Shown: one piece after another, positions 33,943 through 43,407 of the stretch
Layout: every line of letters starts with the position of its first letter
Position numbering within the stretch: the first letter of the stretch is position 1
Assembly (NCBI GenBank): GCA_038060295.1
Contig: JBBTHR010000011.1
Span: forward strand, 6,610 to 70,609
DNA: 64,000 bases
Direction of reading: 5' to 3'
Source: Candidatus Eiseniibacteriota bacterium
Lineage (GTDB): Bacteria > Eisenbacteria > RBG-16-71-46 > SZUA-252
Notes under the pieces: model-generated
Told to the model about the DNA's origin: nothing
Databases searched by the model: none
The model's input: the letters and a program-made list of their open reading frames with translations, nothing else
Position numbers and translations under genes: made by a program

Positions 33943-35462
33943 TGCGCCGACGAACGTTTAGGCAAGTCCTCGTGATCGGCACGGGCCTCCTCCTCGTGGG
34001 CTGTGGCAGCGGCGCGGAGCAGGCGGCCCTTTACCGCGCCGAGAAGCTCCTCTATGAGGCGCGGAAGGCGGAGACGCAGGCACGCCTCGCCACGTCGCAA
34101 CCCGATTCGACCGCGCTGTTGCAGGTGCGCGAGGCCTTTCTGAAAGTAAAGCGGTCGGCGCCGGGTCCCTACAAGCTCGAGGGAGATGCTCGCGGTCGTG
34201 CGCGGGTGGCCGCGATCATGCGCACCGTCGGTACCGCGGAAGTGTCGGGAGGCCGCCTGGCGCTGGAAGCGAAGCGGGCCGACCTGGCGCTGGAAACGGC
34301 GCAACGGCTCCAGAGCGGAGCGGCTACCGACACCGCGACGGCGAGGCAAGCGGCCTTCATGGCGGTTGCCGCATACCAGAGTCTTCGCCGGTACGACGAC
34401 GTGGTCGCGCAGATGAAACGGATCCTGGCCACCTATCCGCCGCTGTCGCCGCCTCCCAACGGAGAGGACCCGGTCCTCGCCATTCCCGAAGCGATCGTGA
34501 ACCTGCGCCGCAACCTCGGTGAGGAGCAGGCGGCCGCACGCGAGTTGCGCGAGGCATTGGAGTACTACCAGGGTCTCCTGAGGCGCCCGCAGACGCCCGC
34601 GCTCGAAGCGCAGGTTCGCGCCAGGGTGCTGCGCACGCACCTCGAACTCAATCAGGTCGGCCGCGCGCTCGAGGAGGCGAACACCCTCGAGCGACTCGTC
34701 ATGGCGACTCCTTCGCTCCGCTCGATGCTGGCGGAAGTCGGGTACGCCAAGGGGAAGATCAAGGCGTCCACGGAGAAGAACCCGAGTGAAGGGATCGCGA
34801 TCCTCGATCGAATCGCGACCGACTTTCCGAATTCCCCGCTCGCGCCCCGTGCACTATTCGAGGCCGCCGTGCAGACGGAGTCGAAGGGGCGCCTGGAGGA
34901 TGCCCGGGCGCGGTACGAGGCCATCCTGCAGCGCTTCCCGAATACGGCGGAGGTGGCTCCGCTCTCGCTCTATCGCCTCGGAGTTGTGCAGGAGAAGCTG
35001 GGGGATTGGGGCCGGGCCAAGGCGACGTTCGAGTCGATCCCCGTCCACTATCCACGATCTACCGCGGCCGCGGAGGCACCGGTTGCCGTGATCCAGCACT
35101 ATGCCCGGGAGGGACGGCGAACCGCGGCGGAACTCTATTTCAGCAAAGCACTTGCGACCTATCGAGAGCTGATCAAACAGGACAGCACGGGGCAGGTGGC
35201 ACCGCTCGCCCGGATGAAGATGTATCAGATCTACGCGGCCGGCCGAGACTCCAACGGCATCTATGAAATCGCCGACGAGATGCTTCGGGTTGATCGGGGG
35301 CATCCCTATACGGCCCAAGTACTTCTGGAGGCCGCAAGGGCCGCGAAGGCATTTGGAAACAGCCAGCGCGCCACGGCCTACCTGAGGCGATTCATCCAGG
35401 AGTTCCCACGATCGCCGGTCATCGGGGATGTTCGGAGGGAACTCAAAGAGCACGGCGGATAG
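33939..35462 (+). CDS. TPR-repeat lipoprotein
   Basis: 507-aa ORF. Lipobox is 'GTGLLLVGCGSG'. TPR-like helical pairs recur ('ARYEAILQRFPNTAEVAPLSLYRLGVVQEKLGDWGRAKATFESI', 'ATAYLRRFIQEFPRSP'). Confidence 0.7.
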   Translation: MMRRRTFRQVLVIGTGLLLVGCGSGAEQAALYRAEKLLYEARKAETQARLATSQPDSTALLQVREAFLKVKRSAPGPYKLEGDARGRARVAAIMRTVGTAEVSGGRLALEAKRADLALETAQRLQSGAATDTATARQAAFMAVAAYQSLRRYDDVVAQMKRILATYPPLSPPPNGEDPVLAIPEAIVNLRRNLGEEQAAARELREALEYYQGLLRRPQTPALEAQVRARVLRTHLELNQVGRALEEANTLERLVMATPSLRSMLAEVGYAKGKIKASTEKNPSEGIAILDRIATDFPNSPLAPRALFEAAVQTESKGRLEDARARYEAILQRFPNTAEVAPLSLYRLGVVQEKLGDWGRAKATFESIPVHYPRSTAAAEAPVAVIQHYAREGRRTAAELYFSKALATYRELIKQDSTGQVAPLARMKMYQIYAAGRDSNGIYEIADEMLRVDRGHPYTAQVLLEAARAAKAFGNSQRATAYLRRFIQEFPRSPVIGDVRRELKEHGG

Positions 35463-35691
35463 GATCGGCGCTAGCCCCCCCTCCAGGCCCACATCTCCCC
35501 ATTTCTGGCACCCCAGCCAGACATTTCGAGAATCATTTGCGGCTCATCGCACAATCTGGTATAGTCTTTTGGTATTGCAACGCCTACTGCATCCGCCCCA
35601 AACGACATCTGGGTGAGTTGCTGTTGCGGCGGAGATGTTTGGTGACGAATGTCAGAACCCGATGACATTCGCAATGACCGGGGGGTCAGAT

Positions 35692-36585
35692 ATGAACCGT
35701 AAGGCAGTTGCATTGGCTGCTGCACTGATACTCTTCAGCGCCTCCGCTGGGCACGCACTTCCGCCCGCTCCGATCGATCTCTCCTACGCGACGGCAACGT
35801 ACACCGACGCGATGGGTGTGGTCTGGACGAATCTGAAGGGCACGAGCGGCGTGACGCAGCCGGCCGGCACCGGCGTCTATGATCCGTTCCTCCGCCAGAT
35901 CGCGACGGGGAACGGGCCACACGGTGACAACGGGATCGAGCAGGGTCTCAACACGGATGCGACCGTGGCGGAGCCGCTCGACAACGTCGGTAATGACCCG
36001 CACACGCATTCGGTGTTGATGGGCAGCCTCGGCGTCGTCAAGGTCGGTGGCGTCGACTACTTCTCGTTCACGCTCGATCTCAACGAACCCGCCGGTGGTG
36101 GTGGGAACTTCCTTTCGCTCGACCAGGTGAAGATCTGGACGACGCCCAACGCGGCCGGCAACATGCTCGCGTCGGTGGGCGAAGTCGATGCCGCTGGCTT
36201 GCTCCGATACGACATGGATGCCGGCAGCGGCGGCAATCAGACGGTGTGGCTCGACTACCTGAACGCGAACACGATCAGGGACAACGGCTCGGGCGTGGAT
36301 GACATGGAGATGCTCATCCCGGTTTCCTATTTCGCGGGCTACGCGGCGACGGACTACATGTACTTCTGGGCTCAGTTCGGCGCCGCCGGCGATGTCCTCT
36401 CGACCACGGCTAGGGCCAATGGAAGGGGCACGACCACGACCACGCAGTCGTACTACGGCGAGGCCGGGTTCGAGGAGTGGCGCTATCAGCAGGGCACGGA
36501 GAACGTCGTGCCGGAGCCGATGTCGATCCTCATGCTCGGCGGCGGGCTGGCCGGCTTCATCGCGGCGCGCAAGCGCAAGAAGTAG
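35692..36585 (+). CDS. PEP-CTERM sorting-domain protein (exosortase substrate type)
   Basis: ORF 35635..36585 trimmed to ATG 35692. Signal peptide is MNRKAVALAAALILFSASAGHA. The C-terminus 'VPEPMSILMLGGGLAGFIAARKRKK' comprises a PEP motif, a TM helix and a basic tail. Confidence 0.8.
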   Translation: MNRKAVALAAALILFSASAGHALPPAPIDLSYATATYTDAMGVVWTNLKGTSGVTQPAGTGVYDPFLRQIATGNGPHGDNGIEQGLNTDATVAEPLDNVGNDPHTHSVLMGSLGVVKVGGVDYFSFTLDLNEPAGGGGNFLSLDQVKIWTTPNAAGNMLASVGEVDAAGLLRYDMDAGSGGNQTVWLDYLNANTIRDNGSGVDDMEMLIPVSYFAGYAATDYMYFWAQFGAAGDVLSTTARANGRGTTTTTQSYYGEAGFEEWRYQQGTENVVPEPMSILMLGGGLAGFIAARKRKK

Positions 36586-36612
36586 GCAATCCTCAGCAAG
36601 TCAGATCTCTCC

Positions 36613-36651
36613 CGCGTGGGGGGCGCAAGAATCGCCCTCCACGCGTTTTTT
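36613..36651 (+). terminator. Rho-independent terminator after the PEP-CTERM gene
   Basis: CGCGTGGGGGGCG (36613-36625), loop caagaat, CGCCCTCCACGCG (36633-36645; one G-U pair), then TTTTTT (36646-36651). Confidence 0.75.
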
Positions 36652-36788
36652 CATCCACCCCTGGTGCGGCTCCCCCCCTTTCCGCGGTCTCCACGCCCAC
36701 ACCACCCTTCCTTGACGCTCCCGGATCCCCTGTGGTACCCTAATACAAAGCTCGTATTCCCATGAAATCAATGCACTTACCATGAAGA

Positions 36789-38897
36789 TTGGGGGCGGCC
36801 TTGAAAGAGTACCTGCCTAGCCAAATCCGAAACGTAGCGCTCGTGTCGCATCACGGGACTGGAAAAACCTCGCTCGCTGAGGCGGCGCTCTTCCGCACGA
36901 AGGCGATCGCGCGCCAGGGGAAGATCGAGGAAGGCAGCACCGCGCTCGACTTCACCGCGGAAGAGCAGCAACGTCGAATCTCCATCAGCCTCGGCCTCGC
37001 CCCGATCGAGTGGAAAAACCAGAAGATCAATTTCATCGACACGCCCGGGTACGCCGACTTCGTCGGCGATCTCGTCTCCGGGTTGGGAGCGGCCGACGCC
37101 GCGGTGCTCTGCCTCAAGGCTCCCGCCGGAATCGAGGCGGGTACGGAAGCCGTGTGGGAGCGTATCCAGGAGCGTGACTGTCCGGTTCTCTGCGCCGTGA
37201 CGCAGATGGACAAGGAGCACGCCTCCTTCACGAAGACGATCGAAGGCGCCAGCGAAAAACTGGGGAAGCGCTTCGTCGCGATCTCCTGGCCGATCGGGGA
37301 AGGCGACAAGTTCCGCGGCTTCGTCGATCTCGCCGCGAACAAGGCGTTCCTCTTCGAGAAGGATGGCGCCCTCTCGGAGACGCCGATTCCCGCGGATCTG
37401 GAAGCGGTCGTGAAGCAGGCCCGCTCCGCGCTAGTGGACGCGGCCGCCGAGGCCGACGACACACTCCTCGAGAAGTTTCTGAGCGGCGCCGAGCTGACCG
37501 TGGACGAGATCCACCTCGGGCTCCGCGAGGGAGTGCTTCATCGCAACTTCATTCCGGCCCTCCCGCTGGCCGCGATGCCGTTCCTGGGCCTCGACCTCTT
37601 CCTCGACACGATTCTCGATCTGCTCCCCTCCCCGGATCATCTCGGCGCCGTGGTGGGGAAGAAGCCGGGAAGCGAGGAGAAGGTCGAACTCAAGCCCGAG
37701 TCGGGCGGCCCGCTGGCAGCGCTCGTATTCAAGACGAGCGGCGAGGGGCAAGCCGGGGACGTCTCCTTGATCCGAGTCTTCTCCGGCACGCTGACGCACG
37801 GCAAGGAGGTCTTCAACTCCAGCGCACAACGCGCCGAGAAGATCGGGCAGATCTACGTCGTCCAGGGGAAGGAACGAAAGGACGCCGCCCACATCGGCGC
37901 CGGTGACATCGGCGCCGCCGTGAAGCTCCGCGAGACGCACACGGGGCAGACGCTCTGCGACAAGGCGCACCCGATCGTGCTCCGCGGCATTCCGTTCCCC
38001 GAGGCGAATCACGAGGTCTCCATCGCGCCGAAGTCGAAGGGGGAGGACGAAAAGGTCGGTTCCGGACTCCACCGCCTTCGCGAGGAGGACCCGACCCTTC
38101 ACGTCCGCGTGGAGGGGGACCTTCATCAGACGATTCTGTCGGGGATGGGGGATCTCCACATCGACGTGGCGATCGAGAAGCTCCACCGCCGCTTCCACGT
38201 CGACGTGGCCGCCACCAAGCCGCGCATCCCCTACCGCGAGACGATTCGCAAGTTGGTGGCAAAGCATGGCCGCCACAAGAAACAGACCGGAGGGCGCGGC
38301 CAGTTCGGCGACGTCCACGTGAAGTTCGAGCCGCTGAAGCCTGGCGAGGGATTCCAGTTCGTGGACGAGATCGTGGGCGGGTCGGTCCCGCGCAACTACA
38401 TCCCGGCCGTGGAGAAGGGAATCACCGAGGCGATCCACGAGGGCGTGCTGGCGGGCTATCCGATGGTCGATTTCCGCGCCACGCTCTACGACGGCTCCTA
38501 CCACGCGGTCGACTCGTCGGAAATGGCGTTCAAGATCGCCGGCGCGCTCGCATTCCGCGAGGCGTGCCGGGAGGCGAATCCGGTGCTCCTGGAACCGATC
38601 GTGGAGATCGAGGTCCACGCTCCGACGGAGTACGTCGGCGCCGTCACGGGAGACCTCTCGTCGAAGCGGGGAAAGATCCTCGGCATGGATTCGGAATTGC
38701 GGCGGGACATCATCCGCGCCCACGTGCCGCAGGCTGAACTCTACAAGTATTCGACGCACCTGCGCGCCCTCACCCAGGGACGGGCGTCGTTTCGCACCAA
38801 GTTCTCGCACTACGAGGAAGTCCCGCGCGAACTCGCGGACAAGGTCATCGCCCAAGCCAAGGCCGACAAGGAGGCCATGGCGCAGGCAGCACACTGA
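36789..38897 (+). CDS. elongation factor G family translational GTPase (paralogue type)
   Basis: 702-aa ORF with no ATG start; candidates are TTG 36789 or TTG 36801. G motifs are 'VALVSHHGTGKTS', 'FIDTPGYADF' and 'CAVTQMDK'. The EF-G domain IV/V pattern includes 'HKKQTGGRGQFGDVHVKFEP' and 'YHAVDSSEMAFKIAGALAFRE'. Confidence 0.85.
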   Translation: MGAALKEYLPSQIRNVALVSHHGTGKTSLAEAALFRTKAIARQGKIEEGSTALDFTAEEQQRRISISLGLAPIEWKNQKINFIDTPGYADFVGDLVSGLGAADAAVLCLKAPAGIEAGTEAVWERIQERDCPVLCAVTQMDKEHASFTKTIEGASEKLGKRFVAISWPIGEGDKFRGFVDLAANKAFLFEKDGALSETPIPADLEAVVKQARSALVDAAAEADDTLLEKFLSGAELTVDEIHLGLREGVLHRNFIPALPLAAMPFLGLDLFLDTILDLLPSPDHLGAVVGKKPGSEEKVELKPESGGPLAALVFKTSGEGQAGDVSLIRVFSGTLTHGKEVFNSSAQRAEKIGQIYVVQGKERKDAAHIGAGDIGAAVKLRETHTGQTLCDKAHPIVLRGIPFPEANHEVSIAPKSKGEDEKVGSGLHRLREEDPTLHVRVEGDLHQTILSGMGDLHIDVAIEKLHRRFHVDVAATKPRIPYRETIRKLVAKHGRHKKQTGGRGQFGDVHVKFEPLKPGEGFQFVDEIVGGSVPRNYIPAVEKGITEAIHEGVLAGYPMVDFRATLYDGSYHAVDSSEMAFKIAGALAFREACREANPVLLEPIVEIEVHAPTEYVGAVTGDLSSKRGKILGMDSELRRDIIRAHVPQAELYKYSTHLRALTQGRASFRTKFSHYEEVPRELADKVIAQAKADKEAMAQAAH

Positions 38898-38916
38898 GCC
38901 GGGATCGGAGACTTAC

Positions 38917-41184
38917 ATGCATCGTGGCACCGCACCTCGTTTCTCTTCGATCGCCTTCCTGACGCTGACGCTGGCGCTCGCCGCAGGCCTCTCGGCGATC
39001 GCGGCCGCGGTGACGGCAGCGGAGGCCGCTCCGGCTCCCGGGTCTCCGGCGCAGGCGGCGCCTCACGACCGTTATCGGCCTGCCCCCCCGCGGCCGGCCG
39101 ATCCGCTCTCCGCGGCGGCCGTGAACCGGCTCGCCGCCGAGGGGACCTCGGTCCTCTGGGTTCGCTTCGTGGACAAGGGTGAGCGCGACGAGCGCTCTTT
39201 CGCGGCCGCCGTCCGCGCGGCCGGCTCCGGCGTGAGCTCGCGGGCCCGGGCTCGCCGCGAGCGCGAGACCGGCGGCATCTTCGTTCCCGACTGGTACGAC
39301 GTGCCGGTCGTGTCCGACTACGTGCAGGGCATCGCCTCGACGGGGGCGCGCGTCCGAAACGTTCTCCGATGGTTCAACGCCGTCACGGTGGAGGCCGACG
39401 TGGCCGCCGCCCGGCGGATCGCCGCGCTTCCGTACGTCCAGAGCGTGGAGCCGGCCAGCCGCTCCCGCGGAACGAAGCCGATCGAGATCGGCCCCGTCCG
39501 CGAGGTCGATCCCCGTTCGGGCCAGGCGCCGCGCCTCCCCGACGGCGGCACCGCGACCGAGGTGTGGGCCGGGCTCTCGTTGGCCAAGCCGGCCGACTAC
39601 GGCCTCTCTTTGCCGCAGCTTTCGTCCATCAACGTGCCGGCGGCCCACGATTCCGGCTTCAGCGGGTCGGGCGTGATCCTCTGCGTCCTCGACACCGGCT
39701 TCGACGAGACGCACACGTCGCTCTCGCCGCTCCGGAAGATCGCCGAGTGGGATTTCATCCAGCACGACGCGGAGACCGCGAACCAGGGGGGCGACGCCTC
39801 GAGCCAGTGGAGCCACGGAACGGGCACCTGGGCGGTCGCCGGAGGCTACTGGCCCGGCGTCCTCGTGGGACCGGCCTACAACGCCGGATTCCTCCTCGCC
39901 AAGACCGAGTACGTGCCGACCGAGACGCACGTGGAGGAAGACAACTGGGTGGCGGCGGCGGAGTGGGCCGATTCGATCGGCGCCGACGTCTTCACCTCTT
40001 CGCTCGGCTACTCCGACTTCGATCCGGCGGGGAACGGCGGCGGCGACTACGGGAAGCAGCAGATGGACGGACGCACGTCCATCGTGGCGCAGGGCGCGAT
40101 CTTCGCCCACCGCCGCGGCATCGTCGTCTGCAATTCGATGGGGAACGAAGGGGCGCTGGGCACGACCAGCGTCACGTCGCCCGCCGACGCCGACAGCATC
40201 CTCTCGGTCGGGGCGGTCGACGTGAACAACCTCCTCGCCGGCTTCTCCTCGCGCGGTCCGACCTGGGACGGGCGGATCAAGCCCGAGGTCGTGGCGCAGG
40301 GGGTCGGCACCTACTGGGCGATCGCCGGATCGCCCACTTCCTACGGCACCGCCAGCGGCACGTCGCTCTCCTGTCCGCTCGTCGGAGGCGCGGCCGTCCT
40401 GGTGCGCGAGGCGCACCCCGAGTGGACCAACTATCAGGTTCGCGAGGCGCTCCGCTCCACCGCCGACAAGGCCGGCACGCCCGACAACAACTACGGATCG
40501 GGGCGCATCAACACCGTCGCCGCCATCTACAACTCGTCGCAGGGAGGTCCCATCTACCCCTATCCGTTCAGCCTCGTCGAGCCGGCCCACCAGAGCGTTC
40601 TCGGCACCGTGCCGATCACGCTCCGCTGGCGCCGATCGCGCGAACCGCAGCCGGCGGACCCGGTGACCTACGAAGTCTCCATCTGCACCGTCTCGCCGGC
40701 GCAGTGCGTCTTCACGATGAGCACGCCCGATACGCAGCTCGTCGTCACCGCCAGCCTCCTTCCGTTCACGCCGTACGAGTGGTACGTGACGGCGAAGGAC
40801 CCGGCGCTCCACGGACGGGAAAGCCGCGACCATTACCGGTTCACGACCGGGAACATCACCGGCGTGCCGATGACGCCACCGCCGACCGCGCCCAAGGTCC
40901 TGCTGGCCCAGAGCCGGCCGAACCCGGTCAGCACCGGCTCGCGCATCGACTTCAGCCTCTCGGGCGCCGCTGGAGTCGTGCCGGTGACCCTTCGTCTCTT
41001 CGACGCGCGGGGCCGCCTGGTGCGCACACTCCTCGAGAATCACGCCGGCGTCGTCCCGGGCAACTGCTCGGTCGCGTGGGATGGGGCCGACCGGAACGGA
41101 CGCATCGTCCCGTCCGGGATCTACTACTACCAGATCGAGGCGATGGGCCGGCGCGAGTCGAAGCGCCTGGTCGTCGTCCGCTAA
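38917..41184 (+). CDS. secreted S8 (subtilisin-family) serine peptidase with a C-terminal FlgD-Ig-like / T9SS-CTD-like domain
   Basis: 755-aa ORF with a signal peptide 'IAFLTLTLALAAGLSAIAAAVTAAEA'. The catalytic triad contexts are 'ILCVLDTGFD', 'HGTGTWAVAGG' and 'GTSLSCPLVGGAAV'. The C-terminal ~94 aa read 'PNPVSTGSRIDFSL...LRLFDARGRLVRTL...WDGADRNGRIVPSGIYYYQIEA...KRLVVVR'. Confidence 0.85.
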   Translation: MHRGTAPRFSSIAFLTLTLALAAGLSAIAAAVTAAEAAPAPGSPAQAAPHDRYRPAPPRPADPLSAAAVNRLAAEGTSVLWVRFVDKGERDERSFAAAVRAAGSGVSSRARARRERETGGIFVPDWYDVPVVSDYVQGIASTGARVRNVLRWFNAVTVEADVAAARRIAALPYVQSVEPASRSRGTKPIEIGPVREVDPRSGQAPRLPDGGTATEVWAGLSLAKPADYGLSLPQLSSINVPAAHDSGFSGSGVILCVLDTGFDETHTSLSPLRKIAEWDFIQHDAETANQGGDASSQWSHGTGTWAVAGGYWPGVLVGPAYNAGFLLAKTEYVPTETHVEEDNWVAAAEWADSIGADVFTSSLGYSDFDPAGNGGGDYGKQQMDGRTSIVAQGAIFAHRRGIVVCNSMGNEGALGTTSVTSPADADSILSVGAVDVNNLLAGFSSRGPTWDGRIKPEVVAQGVGTYWAIAGSPTSYGTASGTSLSCPLVGGAAVLVREAHPEWTNYQVREALRSTADKAGTPDNNYGSGRINTVAAIYNSSQGGPIYPYPFSLVEPAHQSVLGTVPITLRWRRSREPQPADPVTYEVSICTVSPAQCVFTMSTPDTQLVVTASLLPFTPYEWYVTAKDPALHGRESRDHYRFTTGNITGVPMTPPPTAPKVLLAQSRPNPVSTGSRIDFSLSGAAGVVPVTLRLFDARGRLVRTLLENHAGVVPGNCSVAWDGADRNGRIVPSGIYYYQIEAMGRRESKRLVVVR

Positions 41185-41233
41185 CCCGACCGACGCCCCG
41201 TTCCGACGGGGCGGCCGTTCCAGAGGAGTCACG

Positions 41234-41986
41234 ATGTCCGGTCATTCCAAATGGGCCACCATCAAGCGGAAGAAGGCAGGGATCGACGCCAAGCGCGGCA
41301 AGATCTTCACGAAGTACATCAAGGAGATCAGCGTCGCGGCCCGCGCGGGGGGTGGAGACCCGGCCGCAAACCCCCGGCTCCGCACCGCCATCGCCAGCGC
41401 CAAGTCGGTGAACATGCCGGCCGACAACATCGAGCGTGCGATCAAGAAGGGAACGGGCGAGCTGGAGGGGGTCAACTACGAGGAAGTCTCCTACGAGGGA
41501 TACGGCCCCGGCGGGATCGCAATCCTCATGGATTCGCTGACCGACAACCGGAACCGGACGGCGGGCGAGATCCGCCACCTCCTCGCGAAGCACGGTGGCC
41601 GAATGGCGGAGGCCGGATCGGTGCAGTGGATGTTCACGATCAAGGGGCAGGTTATCATCCCGAAGAGCGCCATCGACGAGGATGCCCTCATCATGCTGGC
41701 GCTGGACGCCGGCGCCGAGGACGTGAACACCGACGATCCCGAATCGTACGAAGTGATGACGCCGCTCTCGCAACTGGAGTCGGTGAAGGCCGCCCTGGCG
41801 TCGAAGGGAATCGCGCCCACGTCGGCCGACCTCGCGAAGGTGCCGCAGAACACGATCACGCTCAGCGATAAGGACGCCGAGCTAGCCTTGAAGCTCATGG
41901 AATTGCTCGAGGATCATGACGACGTCCAGCGGCTCTTCACCAATCTCGACATCTCGGACGAAACGCTCAGCCGCCTCGAGTCCTGA
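41234..41986 (+). CDS. yebC: YebC/PmpR family transcriptional regulator
   Basis: ORF 41081..41986 trimmed to ATG 41234, which follows AGAGGAG. The N-terminus 'MSGHSKWATIKRKKAGIDAKRGKIFTKYIKEI' is highly characteristic. Confidence 0.9.
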   Translation: MSGHSKWATIKRKKAGIDAKRGKIFTKYIKEISVAARAGGGDPAANPRLRTAIASAKSVNMPADNIERAIKKGTGELEGVNYEEVSYEGYGPGGIAILMDSLTDNRNRTAGEIRHLLAKHGGRMAEAGSVQWMFTIKGQVIIPKSAIDEDALIMLALDAGAEDVNTDDPESYEVMTPLSQLESVKAALASKGIAPTSADLAKVPQNTITLSDKDAELALKLMELLEDHDDVQRLFTNLDISDETLSRLES

Positions 41987-42056
41987 GGCGGCCGCGGCGG
42001 CGAGTCCGGCACGGGCGGCGGCGCCCGCTCCCGAGGCGGCCGCTCCGGCCCAGGCC

Positions 42057-42587
42057 GTGGTGGCGAATCCGCTCATCCTCGGCGTCGATCCCGGGAGCCG
42101 CTTCACCGGCTACGGCTTCGTGCGGCGCGAGGGGAACCAGATCCGCTACGAGCACTCGGGCGTCATCGCGACGCGCGCCACGCTCTCGTTCCCCGATCGC
42201 CTCCTGACGATCCATACCGAGCTGGCGCTCCTGATCGAAACGTGGCGCCCCGACGAGGTCGCCGTGGAGATGGCGTTCGTCCGGAAGAGCGCGCACTCGG
42301 CGCTCCAGATCGGCCACGTGCGCGGCGTCGTGCTCCTGGCCGCGCGCCAGAGCGGCGCCGCGCTCTACGAATACACCGCTCCCGAGGTGAAGATGGCGGT
42401 CGTCCGCCAGGGAGCCGCGTCGAAGGAACAGGTCTCGTTCATGGTGCGGCGCCTCTTGCCGCAAGTGGGTACGCTTCGCGAGGACGAAGCCGACGCGCTG
42501 GCGGTGGCCCTCTGCCACGCACAGCGCGCCGCGGCGCGGCAGTGGGGCATGGCCCGCGGCGCCGTCGCTTCAGGGAGGAAGTCATGA
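42057..42587 (+). CDS. ruvC: crossover junction endodeoxyribonuclease RuvC
   Basis: ORF 41916..42587. The first plausible start is GTG 42057 (or 42060), just before 'ILGVDPGSRFTGYGFV'. Further motifs are 'VAVEMAFV' and 'EDEADALAVALCHA'. The stop overlaps the ruvA start. Confidence 0.85.
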   Translation: MVANPLILGVDPGSRFTGYGFVRREGNQIRYEHSGVIATRATLSFPDRLLTIHTELALLIETWRPDEVAVEMAFVRKSAHSALQIGHVRGVVLLAARQSGAALYEYTAPEVKMAVVRQGAASKEQVSFMVRRLLPQVGTLREDEADALAVALCHAQRAAARQWGMARGAVASGRKS

Positions 42588-43189
42588 TCGACGCCGTTCG
42601 CGGCATTCTGGCAGCCAAATCGCCGACCTCCGCCGTGGTGCGGGTCGGGGGCTTCGACATGAGACTTCACATCTCGGTCTCCTGCTTCGAGACGCTTCCC
42701 GCGCTGGGGAAGGAGATTCACCTGCTCTCCTATCTCCACGTGCGGGAGGACGTGCTCCAGCTCTACGGCTTCGCCGACGTGGTGGAGCGAGATCTCTTCG
42801 AGCGGCTGATCTCGGTCTCGGGGATCGGGCCGCGCCTGGGCGTCGGGATTCTCTCGGGCGCCACGGCGTCGCGCGTGCGCGAGGCGATCGAGGCGGGCGA
42901 CGCGGAGTTTCTCCAGACGCTTCCAGGCGTGGGGAAGAAGCTGGCGCAGCGGCTGGTGGTGGAATTGCGCGAGAAGGTGACGCCGAGCGGGCCGACCTCT
43001 CCCGCGGGGGCCGCCTTCCCGGGTGGGCTGACCAGGACCGTCGCGTCCGACTCGTCGATCGCGCTTCAGTCGCTCGGCTTCACGCGGGGGGGTGCCCAGT
43101 CGGCCGTACAGGACGCGCTGGCAGAACTCGGCGCGAACGCCACGGCGGAGACGATCATCCGCCGCGCGCTCCAGCAGAAAGTGCGATAG
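42584..43189 (+). CDS. ruvA: Holliday junction branch migration complex subunit RuvA
   Basis: ORF 42242..43189 trimmed to ATG 42584, which follows GGGAGGAAG. It starts 'MIDAVRGILAAKSP' and has the HhH motifs 'LISVSGIGPRLGVGILS' and 'LQTLPGVGKKLAQRLVVEL'. Confidence 0.9.
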   Translation: MIDAVRGILAAKSPTSAVVRVGGFDMRLHISVSCFETLPALGKEIHLLSYLHVREDVLQLYGFADVVERDLFERLISVSGIGPRLGVGILSGATASRVREAIEAGDAEFLQTLPGVGKKLAQRLVVELREKVTPSGPTSPAGAAFPGGLTRTVASDSSIALQSLGFTRGGAQSAVQDALAELGANATAETIIRRALQQKVR

Positions 43190-43407
43190 GCGACGATCCG
43201 CACCGCGAGTATACTGAGTGAACCAACGGGGGGTGCTATGAGTGACAAGATCGAGCGGCCTGCAGAATCCAATGCCTCGCTTAGAACGGCGGAGGACCTC
43301 CCTCACGCTGACAAAGGACACCGAGTACCTGAAGCTTGCCAATGTCGGCCCATTCTGGCGACGGTTCTCCTAGCCTTCCAGTCGGTGTTCGGCGGTCAAC
43401 ATTCCTA

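Noticed and set aside
35506-35520. A perfect TGGCAC hexamer upstream of the PEP-CTERM gene. This is tempting because PEP-CTERM genes are often sigma-54/PrsR-controlled.
   Set aside because: The -12 element is missing. The bases at the GG-N10 position are 'ag' within ccag, not the GC of TTGC, and the GG-N10-GC geometry is essential for sigma-54 binding.
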